The notes under the pieces: model-generated
The model's database searches: none
What the model saw: only the letters and a program-made list of their open reading frames with translations
What the model was told of the DNA's origin: nothing
Position numbers and translations under genes: made by a program
Assembly (NCBI GenBank): GCA_965226885.1
Contig: CBDDEL010000015.1
Location: 128,001-192,000, forward strand
Length of the DNA stretch: 64,000 bases
Reading direction: 5' to 3'
Origin: Opitutales bacterium
Lineage (GTDB): Bacteria; Verrucomicrobiota; Verrucomicrobiia; Opitutales; UBA2987
Shown: piece after piece, positions 50,743 to 62,045 of the stretch
Layout of the letters: each line of letters opens with the position of its first letter
Numbering within the stretch: the stretch's first letter is position 1

Positions 50743-52134
50743 TCAGGAATTTACCGCCGGGTTGTTGGCCGGCCGAGGGGCATGGAATTTATTCCCGATC
50801 CAGGAATTGAGGCGCTCTCGCAGTTCCTCGTTTTTCAAGTGAGAGAAAACTTCCTCAAAAAAACCGAAGACGAGAAGTTCCTCCGCCTTTTTGCGGGAAA
50901 TGCCCCGAGCCAGAAGGTAATGGAGTTGTTCTTCATCAATCTGGCCGGAGGTGGCTCCGTGGCTGCATTTAACATCGTTGGCCAATATTTCCAATCCGGG
51001 CAGGGAGTTGGCCTCTGCGCCGTTGCTGAGAAGAAGGTTGCGATTGGTCTGGTAGGCGTCGGTCTGCTGAGCCAATTCTTCGACCTTGATGAGGCCGGAG
51101 AATATGGTCCGCGAATCGTCCAGAAGGGCATTTTTATAGAGCAGGTTGGACCGGCAGGAAGGGGCTTTGTGGGTTTGCAGGGTGCGCTGGTCGATTTCCT
51201 GGTCGCCAGTGGGCACGCTGAGGGCAAAATTATCCACATTGCTGCCCGCACCGGAGAGGCAGGTGTGCTGCTCGCTGCGGGTCTGGCGGGAACCCAGATT
51301 GACAACCACCGTTTGGACATTCGCATCTCTTTCCGCAGTAACGGTATTGAGGTGAAAAGAGAGCGTTTCCAGGTTCCATTCCTGGATTGCCTGGTAGGTG
51401 ACTTGAGCGCCCGCGCCCGCAAAAATACTGGCCATACCGCAGGCGAAATGGCGGGTGGCGCTAGCGGCGCTTTGAAAAATATCCACCAGATGGACTTTCG
51501 CTCCGGTATCCGCAATGACCAGGGTATGGGGAAATAGAGCCGTATCCCGGCCATAAGTCCAGTGATAGGCGACAAAAGGCAAAGTTATTTCCATTCCTGG
51601 GGGGACGTATAAAAAGGACCCGTTGGTGAAAAGCGCGGCATGAAGGGCCTGAAATTTTTCAGAACCGAGATCAGGGGTGAAAGTGAGGAAAAATTTACGC
51701 AAGAGGGCGCTGTGCTCCTTTATGGCAATGGACAAGGGCGACCAAATGAGGCCCGCTTGCTGTTGCTCGAGCGCCGTTTCGCTATGCTCAATGTCGATGA
51801 CATTATCATCTCCAAATACCATTTTCCCGGCAAAGGATTCGAATATATTGGACTGCTCGATGAGAAATTCCCTTTTCGAATCCTCAATGGGAGAATCCAG
51901 GCGGTAGCCATCCAGATGCAGGTTTCCGGTTTTGGCAAAACGCCAGGATTCCATCCGACGGGTGGGCATGGGCAAGTCTGAAAACCGCTCCCAGGCGGAA
52001 GCTTTCAAGTCGCTCAGCCAATCGGGAGCCTTGTCCCATTGCGCGAGGTGATTTTGAAACGTTTCGGCAGAGGCAAGGTTTATCCCGGAGGCGGGAGTTT
52101 CTCTTTCCAATAGGGTGGTTGTGGCGTTGGCCAT
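50743..52134 (-). CDS. sufD: Fe-S cluster assembly protein SufD
   Basis: [13 protein letters not shown] and [17 protein letters not shown] motifs. Confidence 0.93.
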   Translation of the reverse strand: MANATTTLLERETPASGINLASAETFQNHLAQWDKAPDWLSDLKASAWERFSDLPMPTRRMESWRFAKTGNLHLDGYRLDSPIEDSKREFLIEQSNIFESFAGKMVFGDDNVIDIEHSETALEQQQAGLIWSPLSIAIKEHSALLRKFFLTFTPDLGSEKFQALHAALFTNGSFLYVPPGMEITLPFVAYHWTYGRDTALFPHTLVIADTGAKVHLVDIFQSAASATRHFACGMASIFAGAGAQVTYQAIQEWNLETLSFHLNTVTAERDANVQTVVVNLGSRQTRSEQHTCLSGAGSNVDNFALSVPTGDQEIDQRTLQTHKAPSCRSNLLYKNALLDDSRTIFSGLIKVEELAQQTDAYQTNRNLLLSNGAEANSLPGLEILANDVKCSHGATSGQIDEEQLHYLLARGISRKKAEELLVFGFFEEVFSHLKNEELRERLNSWIGNKFHAPRPANNPAVNS

Positions 52135-52175
52135 TATATAAAATTTAAGGTGGGTTTTCCGGTTAAAGCATCGAT

Positions 52176-53603
52176 TCAGCCAACAGAGCCTTCCATCTGC
52201 AGATCGATCAGCCGTTTCAGTTCGACACTGTATTCCATGGGAAATTCACGGATCAGGTCGTTGACGAATCCATTGACGGCAAGGCTCATGGCCTGGGCCT
52301 CGCTCAACCCACGCTGTTGCATATAAAAAATCTGCTCGGAGCTGACTTTGGATACGCTGGCCTCGTGCTGGACGGAGTTACCATCGCCTCGCACATTGAT
52401 GGCGGGATACGTATCGGTTCGGCTGGTGGTGTTGATCAATAGAGCGTCGCACTCGGTGTTGTTTCTACAGTTTTTGAGGTGTTTAGGTATTTTCACCAAA
52501 CCGCGATAAGTGGAACGGCCATTGCCTACACTGATGCTTTTGGCGATGATGTTGCTGGTGGTGTCATCGGCCGCATGGATCATTTTGGCGCCGGTGTCCT
52601 GATGTTGGCCGTCGTTGGCCAGGGCGATGGACAATACCTCGCCCCTGGCCCTGCGGCCTTTGAGGATGACGCCGGGGTATTTCATGGTCAGGCGGCTCCC
52701 GATATTGCAGTCGATCCACTTGATGGTGGCATCTTCCATCGCCATGCCCCTTTTGGTCACCAGGTTGAAAACGTTTTCCGACCAGTTCTGCACGGTGATG
52801 TATTGGATGCGGGCGCCCTTCAAGGCGACCAGCTCGACCACCGCGCTGTGCAGGGTGGTGGTTTCAAACTTTGGTGCCGTGCAGCCTTCCATGTAGGTGA
52901 CTTCCGACCCTTCGTCGGCGATGATGAGGGTGCGTTCGAATTGCCCGAAATTCTCTGCATTGATGCGGAAATAGGCTTGCAAAGGCTGTCTTACATGTAC
53001 GCCTGGAGGGATGTAAATAAAGCTGCCGCCGCTGAACACGGCACTGTTCAAGGCGCTGTACTTGTTGTCGCCGATTGGAATGATTTTGCCGAAAAACTTG
53101 CGAAAAATTTCCGGGTGTTCCTTCAAACCCTCCGTGGAACCGACAAAAATGACGCCTTGTTCGGTCAGCTTGGTTTTCATGTTGGAGTAGGCCGCTTCGC
53201 TATCGAACTGCGCCTCCACCCCGGCCAGAAATTTGCGCTCTTGCTCCGGGATGCCCAGGCGCTCGAAAGTCTCCTTAACATCGTCCGGTACCTCGTCCCA
53301 AGTGCGGCTGGGCTGCTGCCCTTTAGCCAGATAATAGCGGATTTTGGAGAAATCGATATTTTCGAGGTCTTTGGACGCCCAATGGGTGGGCATCGGTTTA
53401 CTTTCAAATATTTTCAGGGCCTTGAGTCGAAAATTTAGCAGCCATTCATCTTCCTTTTTGACATTGGAAATGTAATGGATGGTCTGCTCACTCAGCCCCG
53501 TTCCGGCGTCGAAGGAATAGTCTTCCTTGTATTTAAAATTCCCCACATCCCTATCGATGTCGATAGAGGCACTGGCAGGTTCTTTCTCTATGGTTGCAGG
53601 CAT
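52176..53603 (-). CDS. sufB: Fe-S cluster assembly protein SufB
   Basis: [22 protein letters not shown] and HEASVSK motifs. Confidence 0.96.
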   Translation of the reverse strand: MPATIEKEPASASIDIDRDVGNFKYKEDYSFDAGTGLSEQTIHYISNVKKEDEWLLNFRLKALKIFESKPMPTHWASKDLENIDFSKIRYYLAKGQQPSRTWDEVPDDVKETFERLGIPEQERKFLAGVEAQFDSEAAYSNMKTKLTEQGVIFVGSTEGLKEHPEIFRKFFGKIIPIGDNKYSALNSAVFSGGSFIYIPPGVHVRQPLQAYFRINAENFGQFERTLIIADEGSEVTYMEGCTAPKFETTTLHSAVVELVALKGARIQYITVQNWSENVFNLVTKRGMAMEDATIKWIDCNIGSRLTMKYPGVILKGRRARGEVLSIALANDGQHQDTGAKMIHAADDTTSNIIAKSISVGNGRSTYRGLVKIPKHLKNCRNNTECDALLINTTSRTDTYPAINVRGDGNSVQHEASVSKVSSEQIFYMQQRGLSEAQAMSLAVNGFVNDLIREFPMEYSVELKRLIDLQMEGSVG

Positions 53604-53638
53604 TTTTTTAAAAAATTTGAATTAAATAAAGCATCTAC

Positions 53639-54394
53639 TTAAACGGCGACTACCTCCTCCTTAACCCAGTCATAGCCTCTTTCTTCCAGCTCGAGAGCCA
53701 GTTCCTTGCCGCCGCTGCGGACGATTCTGCCGTCCCACATAACATGCACTTTGTCCGGCACGATGTAATTCAACAACCGCTGGTAATGGGTGATGAGCAA
53801 AATGCCCAGATCGGGACCCCGCATGGTGTTGATCCCGTGGGCGACCACTTTAAGGGCATCGATGTCGAGCCCGCTGTCGGTTTCGTCCATGATCGCGTAG
53901 GTGGGTTGGAGCATGGCCAACTGGAGAATTTCGCACCGTTTTTTCTCACCCCCGGAAAAGCCTTCGTTGACCGAACGGGTCGTAAATTTGCGGTCGATCT
54001 TGAGCAGGTCCATCTTTTCGTAAAGGCGGCGGTAATAGCGGGCCGCCTCCAGTTCTTCGTTTTCCGCCAAACGCGCGGTGAGGGCCGCCCTGATGAAATT
54101 GGCAATGCTCACTCCGGGAATCTCGCTGGGATATTGAAAAGCCAGGAAAAGGCCGGCCCGGGAGATTTCATCCGTCTCCATTTCGAGGATGTTGCGGCCA
54201 TCCAGAGAGGCCTGGCCGGCGACGATTTCATAATCCTCATGGCCTGCCAGGGCCTTGGCCAGAGTGCTTTTGCCAGAACCGTTGGGACCCATCAAGGCGT
54301 GCACCTCTCCCTTCGGTACGCTGAGGGAAAGATCCTTCACTATGGGTTTGCCCCCGACATGGATTACGAGATTTTTTATCTCAAGTGAGCTCAT
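53639..54394 (-). CDS. sufC: Fe-S cluster assembly ATPase SufC
   Basis: [20 protein letters not shown] and [12 protein letters not shown] motifs. Confidence 0.96.
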   Translation of the reverse strand: MSSLEIKNLVIHVGGKPIVKDLSLSVPKGEVHALMGPNGSGKSTLAKALAGHEDYEIVAGQASLDGRNILEMETDEISRAGLFLAFQYPSEIPGVSIANFIRAALTARLAENEELEAARYYRRLYEKMDLLKIDRKFTTRSVNEGFSGGEKKRCEILQLAMLQPTYAIMDETDSGLDIDALKVVAHGINTMRGPDLGILLITHYQRLLNYIVPDKVHVMWDGRIVRSGGKELALELEERGYDWVKEEVVAV

Positions 54395-54456
54395 TGATCT
54401 TCAATTAATTACGGTATTAAAAAATAGCCAGTTGATGTCCTAAAAAAAATGAAAAA

Positions 54457-54882
54457 TTAATGACCGGGCTTCCTTCCCCGGAAACTGAGTTCTATGGAAT
54501 TAGCCTCATATTGGGGAGGAAGGATCGACTTCAATTTACCAAAAAAATCGTTGGGCAGATCGATGTCGTACACCCGGCCACTGTTTTCATCATAAAAATG
54601 GGCGTGCTCAGCCAAATTGGGGCAGAAGCGAGAGGGTTCCCGCTCGAAATTGACCTGCCGCACTAGACTGCATTCAACCAGGGTTTCCAGGCAATTATAC
54701 ACGGTGGCCAGAGAAATGCTGGGCATCTCCATTTTTGCCCGGACGTAAACTTCATCCGCCGTGGGGTGGTCCCTCTGGCCAAGAAGTACGCCGAATACAT
54801 GCTCCCTCTGACGGGTGGAGCGAAGACCGCCCTGAACGAGCGCTCCATTAAGAACCTCGTGTGCTTTTTTGCTTAATTTCAT
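54457..54882 (-). CDS. Fur-family regulator (Irr/PerR-like)
   Basis: LRSTRQR, HPTADEVY, ISLATVYNCL and EHAHFYD motifs; no CxxC pairs. Confidence 0.88.
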   Translation of the reverse strand: MKLSKKAHEVLNGALVQGGLRSTRQREHVFGVLLGQRDHPTADEVYVRAKMEMPSISLATVYNCLETLVECSLVRQVNFEREPSRFCPNLAEHAHFYDENSGRVYDIDLPNDFFGKLKSILPPQYEANSIELSFRGRKPGH

Positions 54883-54910
54883 TTATTTAATAAAGAATAC
54901 ACTATACTTA

Positions 54911-54957
54911 ATTGGAATGATACTAAAAATCAATATTAAATGAGATTTATTTTCATT
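54911..54957. promoter_or_regulatory. Irr/ICE-like box and Fur-like box upstream of the regulator-suf operon
   Basis: ATTGGAA-TGA-TACTAAA (54911-54927) and AATGAGATT-T-ATTTTCATT (54939-54957). Confidence 0.55.
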
Positions 54958-55012
54958 AAAATTAACTCGGGTCATAAAATGTGGGAAACTGGACGCTTGA
55001 GGCATCCTGTTT

Positions 55013-55717
55013 CTAAGTCTTTTCGTAGAAATTCAAGACTTCCGCATAGTCCTTTTTAAACAGTTCTTTGGATTCCTTGCCCGCGTAATGAATTATGGAG
55101 GCCCTCCGCCTTTCAAAGTCATTGGCCCATAAGTTCTTATAAACGGGCAGAAAGTTGTATGAGGGACCCAGGTTTTTTTTAACGATACCGAGTTTTACGC
55201 AATAATAGTTCAAAGTGGTTTGATCCGGCCAGCGACCGCCAAATTCTTTTTCCTGGCCGAACGAAAATAGATTCCGATGAACCGGCGAGAGGACCATCAT
55301 TCCGGCATTGAAGTAGCCTCCCCGGTAATCGGGCAATTTTCCCCATAACCGTTGCGCCATATCCATCTCCTCAAAACGTTTATAGGCATCCGCGCCCACA
55401 TCTTCATAAACACAGCCCAATTGATCCGGCGGCACGAGATCGAAGAGGTTTGGGCAATCGGCATGCAGAAGCATATCTCCATCCAGATAGAGCAATCGGT
55501 CAAAGGTTTCCAGAAGTTCGAATATTTGAAATTTTTCGTAACTCAAGCTTCGCTGGTCCGGCCAGAGCCGCGGCTGATAGCGAATTTTTTTCCGCTTAAT
55601 AACAATGAATTCCAGATTGTGCCGGGCGCAGTATTTTTGAAATAAGGGGTGCGTGAATCGGGCCATTGGAAAGTTGCCGATCCTTAAGGTAACCAGAGCC
55701 TGTTTTTTAGGAATCAC
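55013..55717 (-). CDS. GT8-like glycosyltransferase
   Basis: LYLDGD, YFNAGMMV, DQTTLN and IIHYAG motifs. Confidence 0.85.
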   Translation of the reverse strand: MIPKKQALVTLRIGNFPMARFTHPLFQKYCARHNLEFIVIKRKKIRYQPRLWPDQRSLSYEKFQIFELLETFDRLLYLDGDMLLHADCPNLFDLVPPDQLGCVYEDVGADAYKRFEEMDMAQRLWGKLPDYRGGYFNAGMMVLSPVHRNLFSFGQEKEFGGRWPDQTTLNYYCVKLGIVKKNLGPSYNFLPVYKNLWANDFERRRASIIHYAGKESKELFKKDYAEVLNFYEKT

Positions 55718-55804
55718 CTGTTTGCAGAGTTAACCGGAATGTCACCGGCCAGGCAAGGGCGCCTCGCTTTCCTTAAATCAAACCCTTTCCGGCCTCCGGC
55801 CAAT

Positions 55805-55860
55805 TAAAAAAAGAAATACCCGGAAACCAGCCTCATGCGAAGCCGATTCCCGGGTATTCT
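55805..55860 (-). terminator. Intrinsic terminator after the TonB receptor/LTD protein pair
   Basis: AATACCCGGGAATCGGCTTC...GAGGCTGGTTTCCGGGTATT followed by a T-run on the minus strand. Confidence 0.75.
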
Positions 55861-55909
55861 TGTTTAAATAACCGAATAAATTAAGATTAGACTAAGATAC
55901 ACTGATGAA

Positions 55910-58753
55910 TTAAAGGTCTGCCGGGCGGCTGAAGATCGCTCCATCATCAAGTCTCTGGAAGAACCTCCGTCCGGGCACATTGTCATCGAAGGAGAATATC
56001 CATGTCGGCGTATCGCTGAAGAGGTAGAACCAGCGGTAGGACGATTCGTTGACAAAGAGCCAATCGGCCAGATCAAGGTCATAGATGAAGATCACATCCT
56101 CCGTGTTCCCTGAGTCCAAGTACTGCCAACCGTGCTCGTCGTGGTATATCCAGGGATGGGCGGCCGCGTTGTAGTTTTTGTACCAAGGCGAGGCTTTCCA
56201 ACCTGGGAACCCTGGGATATCGTCACCCCGGAATTCATCAAGATTTGCAACAAAGGGCGCATTGCCTGAAAACGCAGTGCCGTCCAGTTGCCGACCAGGG
56301 GAGGCCAGTTCAAAGGCGGAGGAAACCGCAAGGTGCAAGGTTTCCCCAAAAGCCCCGGTTCCGTCCGGACTGCGGACAACGGACTGACCTTGGCCAGAAA
56401 AATCCTCCAGGAACTCAACAACATCTTCAATAAAACCTGCTCCCCTCGTCAGAGTAATGCGGTTGTCATCTCGGTCTGTCAGGTTGACCCCGTTGAAGGA
56501 GCCATTGGCCACAAATATGGCGGCATCACCGAAAGAATCAGCGCCGGCTTCCCGAATCGCGGCTTCGTCGCCGCCGCCAAAAATGACGACCGAACCTTGC
56601 GACTGTATAATGGTGGTGGACCGGAACTCATGAACCAGCAGTTCGGGATCGGGCTCATTAGTGCGCACTGCATGGATTTGCCAGCCATCCAGGTTCACGG
56701 CAGAATCACCGACATTGAGCAGTTCGATGAACTGATCTTCGACCGGCTCTTCAGTGATTCCGTTTTGGTTAAAATCGGTTCCGGTGCCGAGGACTGAAGC
56801 CATCGCCTCATTGATCACCACATTCACTAGGTCCGGCTCCACTTCCGTTACCACGAGGTAGGTCAGGGCGGGAAACTTGAGATCGCCGGTTACACGCACC
56901 GTTAGCTCGCGGTCGCCGTCAAGTATCTCGTCGTTTACCGGTGTGGCCGTAAAAGCGACGGAAGTTTCTCCCTCCGCAATGGTCACTGTGGCGGGAACGA
57001 CTAGCTCATCCGCGTTGGGGCCCTCAGTCGCCATAGAGACGACCACACCCCCGGCGCCGGCCGCGGTTGCCAAACTGACAGTTCCGGATATGGAACCGGC
57101 ATTTTCTGCCACGCTACCCGAATCGAAGCTGATCGAGAGGACATTGTCGGTGGGGAAAAAAGCACTGCCGTCCGGCCTGGTGCCGGGAGACCAAAAGCTT
57201 GTCGGACCAATATTCGGTTCGGTCATCGAGGGATCCGGCAGGTTGGAGAGCGTTCCATGGTCGACAAAAGGGCCAGTCCCATCCGGGTCCCTGTTGGCCG
57301 ATCGCTTGGTTGCCCCAAGCTCGGCTGGAATCGTAAATTCATCCACGATGCCGCCTGCTGCATTGGTGCCGCCTGCGCGAATGGAAGCATTTTCACCATC
57401 GGGGGCGATACTGAAATTACCCTGGGATGAAATCATGAAGAGGGAACCACCAAAAATGCCGCGTGGGGTTCCGCCACCGAAGACTACGGCTACCTGACCT
57501 GCCTTAAGAATGGTATTGGCCGGAAAGATGTGGCGGGGTCCGCGCTCATCCCATAATTCCCAAAAGGAAATATCGACGTCGAAATCCTCATTATTAAAGA
57601 TCTCGATGAACTCATCCTGGTCATCGCTTCTGAAGCCGTCTCCATTGGAATCGCCCTGCAAGTTTGTCGAGAGATCGTCGTTGAACGGATCGGTATACAA
57701 CTCATTGAGGACGACGTTTGGTTTGGCGTCCACATTGTTTACCGTGAATATAATTTCCTCGGCGGACCAGCCAGGAGCGCCTACTTGCACCCGAACAGGC
57801 TCATTGCCGTCGAAACGGTTGTCAGCCAGGATATCGAAAGAGATGGAACCCGCTGTTTCTCCCTCTGCCACGGTTAGTGTGGTGGGGACATTGGATTCGC
57901 TATTATTATCACTATCGGAGTTGGTGACATTGAGGGTCACACCACCGGCTCCGGCTGCGGATTCCAGTGTCGCGGTCAAGGTCGCCGTTCCAACGCCTTC
58001 ATCAAATTCAAGCGCATTCATGGAAAGGGTTAGAAAAGAGACGTCATCATCGCCGATGATGCGAATATTGTCATGACCGTATTCCTCGGATCCTCCATTG
58101 GCATTGACGAAAACACGAAATCGTAATTCGTCGCCGGAACCCAGGATGGGGAAATCCCAATCCCTGAAAGTCCGCGTCAGGCGAGGATCGGTGGGTAGAG
58201 GCACACTGCCCGCGCTCACATCGAAGTTACCCCCTGCGAAGAAGTAGCTGGGTGAATTGGAGTGCAAACCGCGGAAGCCGCCGGCAGTCACCCATTCGCC
58301 ATCATCGATCTTGTATTGAAAGGCCATCGGGTTGTCGAACTCCTGACCGTTGTTTCCCTGGGCCACCGCCACGGTGATCCTCAGGTTGCCGATTCCGGTG
58401 ATGGGAATCGCGTCAGTCCAGGTAATGCGCGCTTCATGGTCTTCCAGGTCGTTGACTTCTACGCCATCTCCATCGAGGTCGCGAGCGCCCCAATACCAAA
58501 GGCCCTGAATGGCGCCTCCCCTGACGGTTGTTCCTGCCGAACCCTCCTGGCGGCGGGCAAAGTAATCGTTCGATCCGTCATCACTGGGGTTTTCAACAGT
58601 GTAGCGGGTCCCGCTGCCATCGCTTTCATAAATCTCCTTGAAGACTTCCTGCGGTGCGGCATTGGCCACACTCCAAAAGGCGAACGCCAACGTGGTTAGA
58701 GTAGACCCAAAAAGCCAGGGCTTGAGTCGATGGGTTTTCATTTTATTTTTCAT
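55910..58753 (-). CDS. Secreted acidic protein with two lamin-tail domains, Calx-beta/Ig-like domains and Trp-rich C-terminal domain
   Basis: Signal peptide; VVLNELY..DEFIEIFN and VVINEA..DQFIELLN; C-terminal domain at 55910-56239. Confidence 0.8.
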   Translation of the reverse strand: MKNKMKTHRLKPWLFGSTLTTLAFAFWSVANAAPQEVFKEIYESDGSGTRYTVENPSDDGSNDYFARRQEGSAGTTVRGGAIQGLWYWGARDLDGDGVEVNDLEDHEARITWTDAIPITGIGNLRITVAVAQGNNGQEFDNPMAFQYKIDDGEWVTAGGFRGLHSNSPSYFFAGGNFDVSAGSVPLPTDPRLTRTFRDWDFPILGSGDELRFRVFVNANGGSEEYGHDNIRIIGDDDVSFLTLSMNALEFDEGVGTATLTATLESAAGAGGVTLNVTNSDSDNNSESNVPTTLTVAEGETAGSISFDILADNRFDGNEPVRVQVGAPGWSAEEIIFTVNNVDAKPNVVLNELYTDPFNDDLSTNLQGDSNGDGFRSDDQDEFIEIFNNEDFDVDISFWELWDERGPRHIFPANTILKAGQVAVVFGGGTPRGIFGGSLFMISSQGNFSIAPDGENASIRAGGTNAAGGIVDEFTIPAELGATKRSANRDPDGTGPFVDHGTLSNLPDPSMTEPNIGPTSFWSPGTRPDGSAFFPTDNVLSISFDSGSVAENAGSISGTVSLATAAGAGGVVVSMATEGPNADELVVPATVTIAEGETSVAFTATPVNDEILDGDRELTVRVTGDLKFPALTYLVVTEVEPDLVNVVINEAMASVLGTGTDFNQNGITEEPVEDQFIELLNVGDSAVNLDGWQIHAVRTNEPDPELLVHEFRSTTIIQSQGSVVIFGGGDEAAIREAGADSFGDAAIFVANGSFNGVNLTDRDDNRITLTRGAGFIEDVVEFLEDFSGQGQSVVRSPDGTGAFGETLHLAVSSAFELASPGRQLDGTAFSGNAPFVANLDEFRGDDIPGFPGWKASPWYKNYNAAAHPWIYHDEHGWQYLDSGNTEDVIFIYDLDLADWLFVNESSYRWFYLFSDTPTWIFSFDDNVPGRRFFQRLDDGAIFSRPADL

Positions 58754-58819
58754 AAGACTCCCTTAATTTATCTTATCTTATCTTATCTTAATCCTAGGTT
58801 AGTTTATTCGGTATGCAAA

Positions 58820-61800
58820 TTATCGGTTCAACTTGAAACCGACAAAAAAGATGGGCTTGGAAAATTGGATGGTGTGAAGGCGCGATTTGTCGCCAAAAAA
58901 TTTGTGCAGGGGTTCATTGGTCAGGTTGGTGCCTTCAAAAAATATGGTTAGAAAACTACGAAATCGGTATTCTGCCCGGATGTCCAGCTTGAAAAAACCA
59001 TCTACATAGGTATCGAGGCTGTTGGCCGCAACTCCCAGGCCGGTGCCGACCCCTGGTATGCCTTCCGGGGGCAGGACAAGGCTGTCGATATCATCCTGTC
59101 CGGCCAGGACCCTATCCAGATAACCGCCCCGCCATACCATGCTGGCCCGGATAAGAAATTTTTTCTTTTCATAATAAACCGACAGATTGGCCAGGAAATC
59201 CGATTGCTTGAACATGGGCACCACCTCGCCCAGGCGTTCTTCCAGGGGGAGTTCCACACTGGAATTGACAAAGGTGGCGTTGAAATCGAAGCCCATAGCT
59301 TTGAAAGGTTTCGGCATAAAGTCAAACTTTCTGGCCAGGGAAAGCTCCAGGCCGATAATTTTCGCTTCTCCGGCGTTGGCCTTGCGGGTGGTATCCCAGG
59401 TAACCTGGTCTAGCCCGGTGGCGGTAAACTTTTGCGCCAATTCGGGGGCAATGCCCCGCCCGGGCTCGAATGTGCGCGACTCCGTATAGATGGGGCCATC
59501 AAGTTTCTTGTAGAAGAAATTGATCCCGAATGCTCCGAAAGTCCCGAAATAGTGGTCAAATGAAAGATCAAAGTTTTGGGAGACAGTTGCCGCCAGGTCG
59601 ATATTCGCCAGTTGTACGCTGTTGCCGATGAAGGCCCCACTGACGCTGGGAATTTCCCTGGGAATAAGGTCGGTAAATTTGGGACGGGCAATGGTTTCGG
59701 TGTAGGAGGTCCGAACGATGGTATTTTCGGAAAAGTTTTTAATGATATGAAAAGATGGCAGCCAGTGGGCGTAACTGCGTTCGCTGATTACCTCATCGAT
59801 AAAACTTTCGGCCCCGAATTGATCACTTTCGATGAGAACTTTCCAGAAACTCGGTATGGCGAATTTGATCGCGGTTGGAAGGTTTTCCGAGCGCAGGTCG
59901 ATCTGGTTGTTGGTGAAGGTGTTTATCGTCTTTTCGTGGCGGAACCCGCCAATAAATTTAAACCCCTTCCAGTCGAGCGTTTGCATGAAGTAAAAGGAGG
60001 TCACATCTTCCGTTGCCCCGAAATCCTTTAATATGGCATCGGTAACGTTTCGGGTAATGTCGTTTGGCTTAACGTCGAATTCAAAATCGACCGGATTGTC
60101 GATAAAGGCGCGGGCACTTTCCGTATCGAAAAATGGGCCATAATCATAATTGCCGAAATCTTCCATGAAGTTTTCAAGAATCCCGCCATTGATGACATCG
60201 TCCTCCAGGGTGACCTGATTCAGGCCCGGTGTCAGGGCAATGACATCGCTGAACAATTGAAAGTCGCGGGCGAATTTTTTTTCCCGAAAATCTGCCGCTC
60301 CCCCAATCTTGGTGGTCCAGTTAAAGTTTCCCAACTGGTATTTTATCTCCAGGTTGATCTCGAAGCCGCCCCGTTCATCCGTGCTGAAAAATTCATTGTC
60401 TTCAACACTGCCGCGCAACCGGTTGAGTTGAAAGAAAGTGGGTTCGTCATATTTATCAAGCACGTCATGAACGAAGGGAGCGCCATCCTCCCCAATTCCA
60501 TCGACAATTAAGGTTTCGCCGGTTTGAAACTTGAATTTCTGTTCGGTCCAATTTTTATTGGCTTTCGACCGGTAGATTTTGTAATCGAGATCCAGTAAGT
60601 TGAAAAGACGGTGGTTCCCCCCGCCCTGAAAGGTTGTGATCTCATCGTTGGTTATGGTGCTGGTCCAGTTTTTACGGGCATCGCCATTAGAAGTGTAAAA
60701 AGTGTAATTTTTTGTTGATAAGTCATAACTGATATCTCCGAAGCGCACCGCCTCATCGAATGTGGCCGGTCGAAACTCAGGAGCAAGGGCCAGGCGGGCG
60801 GCTATTTCGGGATCATTGATATCATCCCCGATGGCGGTGGCCATTTCCTCATCGTAAACCGTTTTACCGGCATAGTTGTTGGTTCCCAATTGAACATTTT
60901 GCTCGAAGGTTTGGAGGACCTCATCGTCATCGAAATTGTTGCGCGAAAAGGAAAAATGGAACCGATGATTTTCGTTTAGCTCATATTCAACTTTGCCGCT
61001 GAATCCGGTGCGCTCCCGCTTGATGATAAAGTCCCTCAGCTCCACTCCCTCCAGAAAGAACCCCAAGGGTGCCCCTCTTATGTCGGTATTGGCATCGGTG
61101 TTCCATCCGTCAACTTTCGCCGTATCGGATCCACGGTTGTCCTCCGATTTGTCGATGGAAAACTGGATGCCAATATTTTTATTCTTCCCCAAAACATCCC
61201 CGTAAGTGGCGTTGAAGCGCCAACTGTTTTCCTCTGAGATATCATGGCTGCCTTGGGCGTACTGGGCCGACATAAACCGTCTGCCCCGATCCAGGGCGCT
61301 GCGGGTCACCAAGTTAATCGAACCCCCGATAAAATTGGCCGACATGTCCGGCAGCCAGCTTTTGGTCACCTCAATGGACTCAAGCTGATCGATGGAAATG
61401 ATGTTCAGTGCGGTGGAGCGCCCATCCTCCTCCGGGGTGGCGGATATCACTCCGTCGATGGCGACTTGGTTGACAGATGGATCCGCTCCGCGAATGATGA
61501 CGAATTTCCCCTCACCCTGGCTGTCTTCGATCGAAATTCCGGGCAGCCGCTGGAGGGCCTCGGCGGCATTGCGATCCACAAATTGACCGATAGCATCGGA
61601 AGAGATGACATTTTTGACGTTGGCCGCCGAGCGTTGGAGATTGAGCGCTTTGGCGGCCCCCACCAGGGAACCCTCGACCCGGAATTCCTCCAGCTCCAAA
61701 AGTTTTTCGCTGCTGAAGTCCACCGTGATAAATACGGAGGATTCGACGTTCTCAATGACAACGGTTTCGGTATGAGCAGGGTAACCGATATAGGTAACCC

Positions 61801-62043
61801 TTAAGGTGTACCGGCCCGGCTTGAGGTTACGCAAGCTGAAGCCCCCACCGCGTTCGCTGAAGGTCACTTCATCGGTTTCCTGGATGGCAACGCGAACCCC
61901 TTGCAACTGAATATCGCTTCCCGAATCGAGTACCTGCCCCACGATTTCGGCGGCCATAGCCTCTTGCCATATTCCGAAAGTCAGAACCAGGAATATTAAA
62001 CTAAAAAATTTGCAGTGCAGTGGAGAAACCTTGTACAGTTCAT
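58820..62043 (-). pseudogene. TonB-dependent receptor with signal peptide frameshifted by a 5-bp duplication
   Basis: Plug NAAEALQRLPGI...IRG...GGSINL and beta-barrel C-terminus. ATG at 62043 is brought in frame by removing one CTGCA copy (62011-62020). Confidence 0.78.
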
Positions 62044-62045
62044 TT

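Noticed and set aside
58768..58789. TTATC microsatellite between the receptor and LTD genes as a phase-variation tract
   Set aside because: Only about four units, intergenic, with no evidence of an effect.
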